From NCBI RefSeq assembly GCF_009914755.1, contig NC_060928.1: a stretch of DNA of 64,000 nt; one strand, 5' to 3'. A program made the translations under genes and the position numbers. Positions 26,659 through 39,779 of the stretch are shown here, one piece after another. The notes beneath the pieces are model-generated. The model searched no databases. It was not told the DNA's origin and saw nothing but the letters and a program-made list of their open reading frames with translations. This DNA comes from the human T2T-CHM13v2.0 reference genome, Homo sapiens. Positions within the stretch are counted from its first letter, which is position 1; each line of letters starts with the position of its first letter.

Positions 26659-27194
26659 CTGCATTTGAAGGAAAACAGAAATGAATGATGCTGTTTTTAA
26701 AATCTAAGCTGAGCTGAATATAAAAGTTCCTGGCCACAGCCTGGTTCCTAAAGAAAAACAAAAAAGCTACATATAAATTAACTTGGGTAGGCTAAAACAC
26801 CATCCTTTACCTCCTAGTTCAGGATTTATACTTCATTTTCTGACATCTCATTTACCCCCAATTTTTTATTCCACATTATATATTGAAGTTCAGGCTAAAT
26901 TATTTATTCTTCAACAAATATTTACTGAAGTTAAAGTATAAGTGCTTCATACACATTATTTTATTTAATGCTCCCAACAGCCCAGTAAAGTCAGAACTAT
27001 TAGCCTCACTTTGCATTTGAAGAAAGTGAGGTTCATAGAAGTTACAAAATTTACCCAGGGACAGCTAGCCATCAGGCTATGAAGGCAGAATACTAAGTGA
27101 ATGAAGGGTGTTGTACCTCAAAGCACTAGTTTCAACTACAATTCTCTATCAGTAAGTGGACTGACTTTTTATTTCTTGTCCTTTTTAAAATTAA

Positions 27195-27492
<298 letters not shown>

Positions 27493-27618
27493 TACATAAT
27501 TTTTTAAGAGTTAGCCTGGTTGTGCTATACACCCAGCCTCTAACCAGATCACAAAGATTCTGGGGTTTTTCCTTTCCTATTCATTTTAAGAACCAAATAA
27601 GTGCTTATGTAAATTTAA

Positions 27619-27643
27619 ATATATATATATATATATATATATA
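27619..27643. repeat. (TA)n microsatellite
   Basis: About 12 AT units. Confidence 0.9.
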
Positions 27644-28611
27644 ACCAAATAGGGAAACAAGTTACTAAAGGAAACCTATTCTAGATCTGGCTATTGAAAA
27701 GAAGAGAGGGACCCAACAATTGCTGCCAGGGAAATACATTTTTGGAGAAAGGAGCTTGTCGGCAAGTTATTTAAATTTGCTTACATATTCACCAGCCCAT
27801 GGCTTAAGGAACTCATCCCTCATCTCTCACATGCACATGCATTTTGCTGTTTACTGCTGAATAGTTCCACAAAGGCATGACTTCCTTCTTTGTGACCTAT
27901 AATGACCTTGAAAATGTATTTTTTAAATCTGTTGAGGGCTTAATAGGGGCTACTGTCCTGAGTGTTTTATATATATTATTTCTAACTCTCACACAACCTC
28001 AAGAAGCTATAACCACCTCCATTTTATTAATGAGAAAACTGATGTCTGGAACCCTCCTTAATAAACTTTGGCCAATTTACCAACAAATAGAATAGGACTC
28101 AAACCCAATCTGCCTGACTCCAGAACACTCATCCTGCTATCCAAAATGTTTCCCTGGAGAATTCAAAACACTGGAGGATAATCCTGGGGAGTTTCACTTC
28201 AGTCCAAATTCGGGAATACGTTAAGAGGGAAGAGGAAAAGGATTGTAGCAAGAAGTTTAAATGTGTAAAGTAGAATACTTCTGTTGATTCTGGCATCAGC
28301 TTCTTAAGGAAACAGAATTTAATAAAAACAGCAAGAGAAAATATATCTACATTTTTGCTTTGAGCCAGATGCACACCAGATGAGGGGGCAGGGACACTGT
28401 TTCAGGACTATTACCAGTAAGGCAATGGGGGAGATCACAACCAGGAACTTGTTCCCATTCACCCTTGGTCTTTATCTCCAGGTAAAGGGTACCATGTTCC
28501 CTTGCACAATGGTCCCCAAATACCTAGACGCCATCTTTATGGAAATCAGCTGGAGTACTTGTTAAAAGTGTAGATTCTGGGGCCCTGGTATATCCAACAT
28601 GGGACCCTGGG

Positions 28612-28940
28612 ACATACATGCATGTGTGTGCACCATGAGTGTGTGTGCACACTTGCGCACGTGTGTGTGTATACCTATATATATATACTATATACATATA
28701 TATTAAAATATAGCAAATATAAGTATATGCAAATATATGCATATTTATATATAACTATAAAATTTGTTAATATACTCATATATTAACAAATATATTAACA
28801 TATACATACATAAATATATACATGTGGCTGTTAAAACTAGTCTTCAAGATGAAAAATACTTTTGTCAGTTGTATATATATATGTATATATACACATATAT
28901 ATGATATACGTATATATAAACAATTTTTTATATATATATA
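28612..28940. repeat. Degenerate (TG)n/(TA)n low-complexity tract adjoining an Alu tail
   Basis: Alternating purine-pyrimidine runs. Confidence 0.85.
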
Positions 28941-28941
28941 A

Positions 28942-30739
28942 TTTTTTTGTTTTTTGAGACCAGGTCTCACTCTGTTGCCCAGGCTGGAGTGCAGTGTTGC
29001 AATCATAGCTCACTGCAGCCTTGAATTCCTACGCTCCAGCCTCAGCCTCCTGGGTATCTGGAACTATAGGTGTATGCTACTATGCCCAGCTAATTTTTAA
29101 ATTTTTTGTTCAGATGGGGTCTCCCTGTTGCCCATGCAGGTCTAAATTCTTGGCCTCAAGTGAGCCTCCTGCTTCAGCCTCCTAAAGTGTTAGGATTACA
29201 GGCATGATCCACCATGCCTCACCAATATATTTTTAATAACTCTCCAGATAATTCTGATGTAAAGCCAGGTGTGGGGGTCACTGCCCTGTCAGACAAGGAT
29301 CAGGAGGTATACTGCTGACTTCAGACTTATTCCAAAATGATATCTTATTCTTTTTTTTTTTTTCTTTTTTAAAAGATGGAGTCTCGCTATGTTGCCCAGG
29401 CTAGAATCAAACTGGGCTCAAACGACCCTTCCACCATAGCCTCCTGAGTAGCTGGGTCTACAGGCACACGCCACCATGCCAGGCCTGAAAGGAGATTTTA
29501 AAATGAGATAGATAAGGGAGCAAAAGTGAGCACATTACTATTCAGGAGAAAGGGACTACACAGAGAGCTCTCCAGAGAAATTTTAAAGAGGAATTACAGC
29601 CCAAGAGGGAATCACAGGGCAAATATGAGAAGACCCTGAGTTCCGCCAGGGATCTGCTCAGAGGGAGGAGTCGCATCAAAATCACGTTCCCTCTCTGAGC
29701 CCTAGTTTCCCCAATTATAAAAACAGGCCGCTGAATGTCTACTATCTAGTAAGTTCATTGTGAATAATTCTGCAACATGTGGCTGTTAAAACTACTCTTC
29801 AAGATGAAGAAAATAGTTTTGTCAGTTGTGCCACTGATAATTCTGCCTCATTCATGGAAAGGAGCAGAGTAGCTCTGACATTAAGAAACACTGGGACATT
29901 TGTGTCAGGGTTTAAAACTAACTCTGCTTCAAAATCACTGAGAATCTTTGCCATGATACGTACTTTCTTAAAACTGAGTTGTCCACTTTTTCTTTTAGCT
30001 TTTTTTTTTTTGGTGGGGAGGTGCGGAATCACTCTATTGCCCAGGCTGGAGTGCAGCAGCACAATCATAGCACAGTGCAACCTCGAACTCCTGGGTTCAA
30101 GCAATCTCTCTGCCTCAGCCTCCTGAGCAGCTGTAACTACAGGTGTGTGCCGCCACACCCAGCTAATTTTTTAATTTTTTTTTTTTTGTAGAGACAGGGT
30201 CTTGCTATGTTGCCCAGGCTGATCTTGAACCCCTGGCCTCAAGCAATCCTCACATCTCGGCCTCTCAAAGTGCTGGGAATACAAGCATGAGCCACCGTGC
30301 CCAGCCTTAGCATTGTTTTGAACATGAAATCAGTTAATGTTTTGCATGCATTAACTACATGTAAATATGTAAAGCACTTAGGACAGTGACTGGCATACAT
30401 CAGGTGCTTAGTAAACATGAGCTATTATTACTGTTAAGACTTCTAAACCACTGTCCAGAAAAAAAAACACAACATGGCATTCTAGAAATAAAAAGCATCA
30501 CAGAAAAGCCATGATTTTTTTTTACCATTCAATAGCCATGTTATGAAACATTGTTCTTGAAAGAAACTGATCTTTCTATTGGGCTGACAATATATTCTTT
30601 TTTGTTTGTTTTGTTTTTTAGAGACAGTGGTCTCGCCATGTTGCCCAGGATGGACTTGAGAACTCCTGGGCTCAAGTGATCATCCCACCTCAGCATCCTT
30701 AGTAGCTGGGACTGTAGGTGTGCGCCACTACGCCCAGCT
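28942..30739 (-). mobile_element. Cluster of minus-strand AluJ/monomers (~28942-29223, 29351-29485, 30000-30306, 30598-30739)
   Basis: Reverse-complement Alu consensus preceded by T tracts. Confidence 0.85.
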
Positions 30740-30812
30740 ACATATTCTTTGTTGAACTCCAATCCTTCTGCATTCTTGACACCCCTATCATGTCCCCTCT
30801 CTGAGTTCTTAC

Positions 30813-30982
30813 CATTCTTGCAGATGCTGACATTCAGAACTCCTGAGCCCAGGCAGTTTCCCTCAGGTATACAGAAGCCGGCATTGTCTGACGTATTGGC
30901 TAATATTTCTGCAGGAACTTTATACCGAAAGGCAGGCAGTCCCTGTACACTCTCATAGTCACTGAAAGTAATATACACTGAC
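30813..30982 (-). CDS. SCARB2: SCARB2 exon 7 (SVYITFSDYESVQGLPAFRYKVPAEILANTSDNAGFCIPEGNCLGSGVLNVSICKN)
   Basis: 170 nt; N-terminal part of ORF 30541..30978; donor GTAAGA. Confidence 0.97.
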
Positions 30983-32459
30983 CTGTTAGGATGTAAGAAT
31001 AAAAAGTGAATGTGGACTCTGGTCAGTGTAATCTGCCCGAAATCCGCAAGTTAGCAACAGTTCTCAGGTACAACATGGCCAAAAGCTCACAGGGTAAGTA
31101 GAAAGGAATGTTTGGAAGGCATTCTGTCAACTCAACGTGTAATAAAGCAGAAGATGAATTGTAGTGGAAGGTGTTTATTGTAGCAACGGTGATATCATCC
31201 AAACAAGAAAAAACAATATGTGGTACAAAATTAAGATGATAACATTTAGAATGGAGACTCACATAAAAAAGAAATAAGAGGCCTCTCTAGACCTGCATGG
31301 ACATATGCCAGTGTGGACGGGCCACCGGCAAAGCCAGGGAAGCCAGGGCACGGCAGAGCCAAAGCTAAGGTAGAACAGGCAGCGATGGCCGTGGCCTCGT
31401 AGGGTCTTAGGCACTTGAAAAGTGTCACATTGGACAGATACTTTATTGGAATACACACTTTGATACTCAATCCCCCCCTCCAAGAAAAATCAGATTCCAT
31501 ATTTTGCCCCAGTCATTTATTTAAATGGAGTTCAACGTAATTCTGCCTTTCATTCTTACTGATTTCAAACATAGTCCCATGTAATATGACCACTGCTTAC
31601 ACTGCATAGTGCCTAACCACTTTGATGTACACAGTCACCACTGAGCCTTCAGCCCTTCCTTTGAAGGCTGGCCGGAAGAGCCTTCTGGGCCTCACTTTTT
31701 CATCTCTGAACCAGAGCTGTTGATACATCTCTCGCAAGGTTGTGAATAACATAGGTGGTTTCACTGCACAAACCAAACCACCCCTACAGCATTTTTTAAT
31801 GAAAAATTTTAGGCACCAGAAAGAGATAAAATACTCTAACAAATACCTTTGTATCTGCCACTTAGACAAATAAAAATTATATTATGGATATAACTGAACC
31901 TGTCTACGTAATGCTCTTGATTCCATTCCTTCTCTGCCTCCCCTGAGGAAACCACTCTGCTGAAATATGGACAACAGTATCTTTTATTTGGCTTCCATGT
32001 AGAGACTACCTATTGACTGGAAGTAGACCAGGTCAGTTGATGCTTGACAGAGCATATCATAGTAACTAAGAGCCAACACTTAATATTGGTTACTGTGTGA
32101 TGGGCCCTGGGCTAAGTATTTGACTAATACTAACTCATTTGTCCTCATAACAACCTCTAACATAGTTAACAATTTCTATCTTTGTTTTACAAATAAGGAA
32201 AGTGAGGTACAGAGTGGTTAAGTAATTTGCCCAAGGTCACACAGCTATAAGTGGTAGAGCCAAGATTCAAACCAACAGTCAGAAGTCTGTGCTGTGAACC
32301 AGTACACTATACTGTCTCGATGTGCCATCAGCATTTATCACTGATTATGCATAAATATCCATGCATAATAAGTGTGTCTGCATATATTCCTCATGCTTTT
32401 GGTGGTCTTGCAGTGAAAGACCTTATTTTTGAAAAAGAACTTATCTTTAAAGCTTTTAC

Positions 32460-32579
32460 CTGCAAAAGTCAGATGGGAAGACATAAAGGACCTCATCTTT
32501 GGTTATTAGTGGGTGAAAAGAATCTCCATCTGTTCCATTAATCATATTGCACTTGTCTGTTATCCACCAGTCAAGTGAC
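32460..32579 (-). CDS. SCARB2: SCARB2 exon 6 (SLDWWITDKCNMINGTDGDSFHPLITKDEVLYVFPSDFCR)
   Basis: 120 nt; CD36-family motif INGTDG. Confidence 0.97.
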
Positions 32580-33105
32580 CTATAATTGATAAGCACAAGA
32601 AAGAGTAAAGATGATCACATTTGAGTTTAGATTCTCTTAAATGGTCAGGACTTTGCAAGATTTAACTGGAGCTGTCTATCCACAGTATCTTATTCATACA
32701 CAGACACAACAGTTTTAATTAGATCAAGGGGGAGAAAAAGTAGGTCCCTGGCCCAAATCAGCTTTCATAGAGGCAATGGCCAAATAGCCCAAAACATGTG
32801 GTGGTTTGAAAAGTATTTGTGCTGTAGCTACTACACATCACTCAATGACTACTAAGCAAGAGTGGGACTTTTCACTGGCCTGTAATTCATGCCTGGCCAT
32901 GATAAATCTACAAATCACTAATATTTAATCTGTAAGATGTTTTACCACCATCTTGATTTGTAGAATAATAATTACAAGACTATTTACATGTTTTTATATT
33001 TTTCATCCAAAAAAGGCTAAACACATTTTTAAGCAATGTAGAAGTAGACATGTAGTTTAAATGAAAACTGAAAAAATAATTCCACTGATAAATCATTTGA
33101 CTTAC

Positions 33106-33197
33106 GTTTTCCCATTCCATTCCACAATTTTTGTAAAGTTAAGGTAACTGTCTTCTCCAGTTAGAAAAACATAGTCTCCATCATTAGTCCCATTTTT
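33106..33197 (-). CDS. SCARB2: SCARB2 exon 5 (KNGTNDGDYVFLTGEDSYLNFTKIVEWNGKT)
   Basis: 92 nt, ttttcAG / GTAAGT. Confidence 0.97.
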
Positions 33198-33231
33198 CTG
33201 AAAATATGTGAATATGATCATTTAAAGTAAC

Positions 33232-33701
33232 TGTGATAATTTTATGACAACTTGGCTAGACTATGGTGCCCAGTTGTTTGGTCAAACACTAGCCCAGATG
33301 GTGTGGTGAAGGTATTTTGTAGGTGTGATTAATATCTACAATCCGTTAACTTTAAGGGAGGTTACCCTCAATAATGAGTGGCTGGGCCCCCTCCAATCTG
33401 TTCAAAGCCTTACAAGCAAAAACAGAGGTTTCTTAGAGGAGGAATTCTCCTCAAGACTGCAACATCGAAATTCTGCCTGGATTTCCAGGTTGCAGCCCAC
33501 CCTACAGATTTCAAACTCAAGACCACATCATCAACTTTTACCTGAGTTTCCAGCTGCTGGCCTGCTCTATGGATTTCAGACTTACCAGCTCCCATAATCA
33601 CATAAGCCAATTCCATAATATAAATTTCTTTCTCTCCCTCTTTCTCATCTCTACATATACACCCTCTTGATTCAGTTTCTCTGGCAACCCTAACTGATAC
33701 A
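33232..33701 (+). mobile_element. MLT2-type (ERVL) solo LTR
   Basis: TG...CA termini (tgtgataatttt...ctaactgataca) with a perfect 5-bp TSD gtaac. Confidence 0.8.
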
Positions 33702-33849
33702 GTAACTAAAAAATTTAATCTTCATCTAACTGTCCTACTAGGGCCTAACTGCTACACAAGACTGAACCAGGACCAGAAAATAGTGACTATTTTGCTAAAT
33801 ACTATATTAACCATATTATTATTTTATGGTTTTAAAAAGTAGGAGCTCA

Positions 33850-34720
33850 ATTTTAAAATGGGCAAAGGATTTGAAGAGACATTTCTGAAAAGAAAATATA
33901 CTAATGGCCAGAGAGCACATAAAAACATGTTCAGCATCATTAGTCATTAGGGAAATGCAAATCAAAACCACAATGAGATACCACTTCACACCCACTAGGA
34001 GGGCAATTAAAAAAAAAAAAAAGAAAAATAGTAAGCGTTGGTGAGGATGTGGAGAAATTGGAACCTTTATACATTGCTAGCAGGAATATAAAAATGTTGC
34101 AGTCACTGCAGAAAACAGTTTGTCAGTTCTTAACAAAGTTAAACAGAATTCATAGGACTCCAAAATTCCACACCTATGTATATACTCAAGAGAATTCCAC
34201 TTCAAGGTATATACCCAATGTTCATATAAAAGCTTGTATGAACAAATATTCATAGCAGCACTTCTAATAATAGCCAAGAAGGAACACAACCCAAATGTCC
34301 ATCAACTGATAAATGGATAAGCAAAATGTGGTATATCTACACAACGGAATATTCCTCAGTTATAAAAAGGAATGGAACACTGATACATGCTACAACATGG
34401 ATGAACCCTGACAACATTACACTAAATTTAAAAAGCAGACACAGAAGGGCATATATTATATGACTCCATTTATATGAGATGTCCAGAATATGCAAATTCA
34501 CAGAGCCAGAAAGTAGATTAGTGGTTGCCAGGGCCTGGGAGAGTAAGACAGGAATAGGAGTGACTGCTAAGAGAGTATGCAGTTTCTTTTTTGGGATAAT
34601 GAAAATGTTCTGGAATTAGCAGTAATGGTTGCACAACCTTGTGACTATACTAAGGACTACTGAATTGTACATTTTAAAATGGTAAATGTTATAGTAAGTG
34701 AATTATTTCTCAATAATAAC
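33850..34720 (+). mobile_element. L1M (L1MB-like) 3' fragment
   Basis: gggaaatgcaaatcaaaaccacaatgagataccac, cccaaatgtccatcaactgataaatggata and a 3'UTR ending in aataataa. Confidence 0.85.
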
Positions 34721-35696
34721 AAATTTAAAAGCCTAAGTCCAGGACCAGGACCAATTATACCAGAATAGCTACACTGGAAGAAGACGGTATTAATATAGCC
34801 CTATTTTCAATTAAGGTTTCTTCAATTGTATATTCTCTCCAAGTTATACTTCTTAAGGGCACATACAGACACTACATTCCTAAAATTCTTTATTTGGGCA
34901 TGTAGCTATGATTTCTCAGAAATAGCACAGGTAGTAGCTCCTCTATAATAATAGGAGTGAACAATTGTTGAGTATAATATTCCTGGCTCTGTTCTAAAAT
35001 TTTTGCATGAATCATCTCATGAAATCCTCACAACCACATAAGATAGTGTGGCTATCAGTCTGGTGAATTCAATGATGTAAAAACAAAAAAAGTGAGTTAT
35101 ATAATGCAAATTATCTGAGAAACAGTGAGATATTAGCAACAAGATCTACTTGGCTGATGGATTGAAGCCACTGGGAACAAAAGGGCCTCGAGGGAACCTT
35201 TGCATAATATCTCTCAGTAGGAGGCTCTCCTGAAATTATTTCTAGAAGGGAGGTTCAGTCAGGGCTTGACAGGAAATCTGTGCTTCCTCTGGTCCTGTGA
35301 AGCTGTATTCCTCTGAGACAGGACCCTCTAGGGACCTCCTGCCTGGTCTGCTTCTCCCGAATGATGCATTCAGAGTTGGTGAGGCCCTACTTTTAGGACT
35401 CCTGTCTCTCACACATATAATTTTTTAAAACTTGCTCACAATTCTATTTTAACAATTTCTACGTTTTATATAACCTTGAAGGCCCAGGGACACAATTATT
35501 GCTGTTTGCCATAAAAACTGGAATGCTACAGGATTACATGAAGAGGGTAAGACTCTTGAACAGGCAGAGCCAGAAAACAGCTACAAATTTAAAGCTGAGG
35601 AGACCCATCACAATCCCAGAGCACACCCCTAATCTAATCCTCTTCCTGGGGTTATTTTATCTTTTACCAACTTCCCAACTATCCACTGCACTCCAG

Positions 35697-36022
35697 GGTT
35701 TTTGTTTTTGTTTTTGTTTTTGTTTTTTTTTTGGCTTTTTTAGACAGAGTCTTGCTCTGTCACCCTGGCTGGAGTACAGTGGTGTAATTTCAGCTCACTG
35801 CAACCTCTGCCTCCTGGGTTCATGCAACTTACCTGCCTCAGTCTCCTGAGTAGGTGAGATTACAGGTGTACATCACCACAGCTGGCTAATTTTTGTATTT
35901 TTAGTAGAGATAGAGTTTTGCCATGTTGGCCAGGCTGGTCTCAAAGTCTTAACCTCAAATGATCCACCCACCTCGGTCTCCCAAAGTCCTGGAATTACAG
36001 GCATTAGCCACCGCACCCGGCC
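35697..36022 (-). mobile_element. AluS/J
   Basis: Reverse-complement Alu with (GTTTTT)n tail. Confidence 0.88.
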
Positions 36023-36185
36023 TCAAGTTTTTTTTCTTTCCAAAAAACACTCCATTTTTCACACACTCTATAAGATAACTTAACTCTAGGCAATTTCTAG
36101 AAGAAACTCAAAGTTAATCTGGCTTGGGGTGCCCCAACCCACTGTCAGCTAAAAAAAGAGGTTCTGAAAAGAAAAATCTACTTAC

Positions 36186-36374
36186 CTCATAGAATAGGCC
36201 AAAATAGGGAGAGATATCGGGCCTGAAAACATGGATAAGGGACAAGATTTCATCTTTGTAGCCCCAGAGCAATTCGTCAACTGTGTGAGTCACAAAGAGC
36301 TTCTGCTGATAGGCTTTCAACATGGCCTCGATGATCTCCCTGAGGAAGTGCACCTGGGACCACTCTATGACAGT
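36186..36374 (-). CDS. SCARB2: SCARB2 exon 4 (TVIEWSQVHFLREIIEAMLKAYQQKLFVTHTVDELLWGYKDEILSLIHVFRPDISPYFGLFYE)
   Basis: 189 nt, phase 0-0; overlaps ORF 36114..36353. Confidence 0.97.
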
Positions 36375-36672
36375 CTGCGGAGCAGAGGTATATTAAGACA
36401 GCAGCATCCCCTCCAAAGCACCTCCATCCACTCTCTCCTACTACCCCATAGCAAAGGGGGTTGGAAATATAAATGTAAAGGTTGAGATTAAATAGCTGAA
36501 AAATCAGGCAGTGAGCTCCTTTCTGGCTGCATATGGAAGACAAAGCCTCTTCTCTGTCCTTTCCCAGTACTGCATTTTGTAAGTGTAATATTTACAAAGA
36601 GACCATTTGCAGGCTCTGAGTTATCCAGACACCACAAAAGGGGAAAAGCTCTTGTAAACATGTGGGCATCTT

Positions 36673-36691
36673 TGGCCACAAGGTGGCGCTA
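36673..36691 (+). promoter_or_regulatory. Strong CTCF motif TGGCCACAAGGTGGCGCTA
   Basis: Near-consensus match to the 19-bp CTCF core, retains its CpG, in non-repetitive intron 3 sequence. Confidence 0.7.
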
Positions 36692-36881
36692 CCTTCCGCC
36701 TAAGCAGGGCCAGAGGCTCATTATAAACCCGACCTACACCCCTGGGACTAGGTGGCAGGGACCTCATACTGTCTAGGTCCTGGGTCCATCATCAGTGTCC
36801 AGCTGCATATGGAGCGGTCACCTAGGGGTTAGGGTGGGAGAGTCGGCAGGGGTTGGTGTAGGTGAATTAGAATGTTTACTG

Positions 36882-37070
36882 GGCCAGCCCAGGAACAGTG
36901 GTTCACGCCTGGAGTCCCTGGCCGACACAGGAGGATCCCTGGAGCCCAGGAGGTAGAAGCTTCAGTGAGCTGTGATGGAGCCACTGACTGCACTCCAGCC
37001 TGGGCGACAGAGCAAGACCCTGTCTCAAAAAAAATTAATAATAAATAAATTAATTTAATTTAAAAAAAAA
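36882..37070 (+). mobile_element. Alu monomer (FRAM/right-arm-like)
   Basis: Single arm ending cactccagcctgggcgacagagcaagaccctgtctc plus A tail. Confidence 0.8.
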
Positions 37071-37622
37071 GAAAGTCTCATGGGTCTCAGTATAGAATAG
37101 ATGTAGAATAGGTGTCGTTATTAGGTAGAATTACCATTATAAACAGAGCCCACTGAAATCACAGTAGGCTGCCAGTCTATTGATTTCTGGTGTCAATTTA
37201 TGAATTTTGAGAGTATAAAATCCAACATAAAAATCTGAAGTAAGAAATGGTATACAAATTTCATTGCTAGAATTTCTGAATGAAAACAAGGGGCAAATAA
37301 ACATTTTTAAAATTATTAGCTACCAAAAAATCCTAGGGGCATATTTATTTGCACAATTGCTAATCCTGAACACCCAGGAAGAAATTATGAAAACAAATCC
37401 TAAAATCTGAATTTTGTCATCATTTGAAAAGACCTTATTTGATACATCTTAGAAAAAAGTCCAAGATGTACTTTAAAGAAAAGAAAAGAAGTATTTTTCT
37501 TTTTATATATGTATATTTCAACATAACTTAATGGCTCCTAAATGTAAAATCATAAAGAGCATTAACTTAGCTTTTTCCTTTCTTCCAAAATCCAACTTAA
37601 TGGTATTAAAATGCCTACTTAC

Positions 37623-37770
37623 CAATACAGGAATATTTAATGTTCTAATTAAGTCAATTTTAGGGTCTCCAACAGATTGGTCTCGTTCAAAAACATAGGC
37701 CTTGTTGCTAACAGCAGATATTGTTGTTCCATTATCTCCAAATTGAATATTTGCTTTGTTTCTGAGTTCC
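37623..37770 (-). CDS. SCARB2: SCARB2 exon 3 (RELRNKANIQFGDNGTTISAVSNKAYVFERDQSVGDPKIDLIRTLNIPVL)
   Basis: 148 nt, AG/GTAAGT, frame continuous with exons 2 and 4. Confidence 0.97.
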
Positions 37771-38203
37771 CTAAAAGAAAGAAAAGGGTTTTATTTGAAA
37801 ATAGACACCACTTTAATAAGCAAGACTTTTCCTTTCTTTCAGCATCCAAGTTATATTTTCAATATAACATTCCCAATATAACATTATATAGAGACTGCAG
37901 CTACTAAGCCTTAAAAAGCTGGAGATCGAAGCTATAATGTGGGAAGGAAACGAGGCCTAGGATAGAGTCTTCTCAAAAACTTTGTTTTCCTTCTTTTCTT
38001 CCCTGATTAGGGAGGTGCAATAGTTGAGGGTCACCTTGACCGGGAATCAAAGCCGATGAACTCTCTCCTGGGTTATGGTTTGGTCCTGAAGTATTTTCAA
38101 AATTTTCAGTTTGGTTCACAGATTTAGTTTGAATTTCAATTTGTTTACCAATGTCTTCTTGTTTCTACATTGAATTAAATTGAAATTTTATTTTAAAAAA
38201 TAA

Positions 38204-38534
<331 letters not shown>

Positions 38535-38618
38535 TCTGTTTCTGATATACAGCACAGTTTGGTTCAAGTTAGAGCCCCCAAATGAAGCATTAGAAAGTTC
38601 TTAGAAAGCGCCTGGTGC

Positions 38619-38814
38619 CAGGGCTGGGCCTAGAGTCAGTGTGAGTGATGTAAGAGGTGCCTAAACAAGTAGTAATCAAGATAAATAGTTTAATGCACTA
38701 TTTATTAAAACCAAAATTTATGCCAAAAATTTATGATGAACAAAATTTTAAATAAAAACAGAATCTGATCTTTTGTTCATCAAATGCCTCACACTAGCCC
38801 TAGCCCTAGCCCTG
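38619..38814. mobile_element. Non-autonomous hAT element (MER96-like)
   Basis: CAGGGCT...AGCCCTG inverted termini with 8-bp TSD cctggtgc/cctggtac. Confidence 0.6.
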
Positions 38815-38896
38815 CCTGGTACATAGTAGGTGTTCAATAAATTCCAGTGACTTTTGTTTCTTTCCCTTTGCTTATCTTTCCTTCTTCCTAAACCAG

Positions 38897-39208
38897 CTAG
38901 GGTTATTATGTCTGACATGGTAGCCACTAGTCACATGTGACTACTGAGTACTTAAACTGTGGCTAACTGGAATTGAGATTTGCTGTAAGTGTAAAATATA
39001 TACAGAATTTCAAAAACAGTGCCAACCTTTTTTTATATTGATTATATATTGAAATGATGCTATTTCAGTTATAATGGGTAAAATTAAAATATATTATCAA
39101 AATTAATTTTACCTGCTTCCTTCTACTTTTTAAAAAATGTGGCTACTAGAAAATCTTAAAATCTTAAATTACACATGTGGTTCATGTAATATTTCTATTG
39201 AACAGAGC
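38897..39208. mobile_element. MER33/MER3-like hAT-Charlie element (related copy at ~47511-47705)
   Basis: ggtagccactagtcacatgtg...aatgtggctactag motifs. Confidence 0.6.
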
Positions 39209-39434
39209 TAATTTAAGAGCACAGGTTAGGAAGGCATTGGCCAGCTGGGCTACCCACACCTCCTCTGAGGCCTTTCCCAACCATAGCAGCACAGGGATTT
39301 TTCTCACCCACCTGTGGATGTCCGTACATGTCTTTAGCATTCAATTAGAAACTTCTGAGTGACATCATTTAGATTGTGAAATTATCATGTAGCCTCAGGT
39401 AGACTGCAAGCAAGCTGAAGGCTGAAACTGGTAC

Positions 39435-39676
39435 GTAAAAATGCGCCTCGGTGATGATGGAGTTATGTCCCAGTAAACCCATCATAAGTTGAAAACATCG
39501 TAAGTTGAAAGTTTGTTTTTGATTCAACAACTTAGTATCTTTCCAATTTACAATGGGTTTATCTGGATGTAACTCTATCGTCATTGGAGGGGCATGCCAA
39601 ATACATCACTTTCACACAATCGCGAAGTCAAAACATCATTCAAGTTGAACCATCATAAGTCAAGGACTGTCTGTAT
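39435..39676. mobile_element. MER47/Tigger-like TcMar element
   Basis: taaacccatcataagttgaaaa ... ccatcataagtcaaggactgtctgTA. Confidence 0.55.
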
Positions 39677-39779
39677 ATTGTATCTCTTTATACCTCTTAA
39701 ATCCCTTCTAGACTTTAAAATAAAAACAGATGAGAAAATAAATGCATTCATATAGATGCATACAAATAGATGAGTCTTT

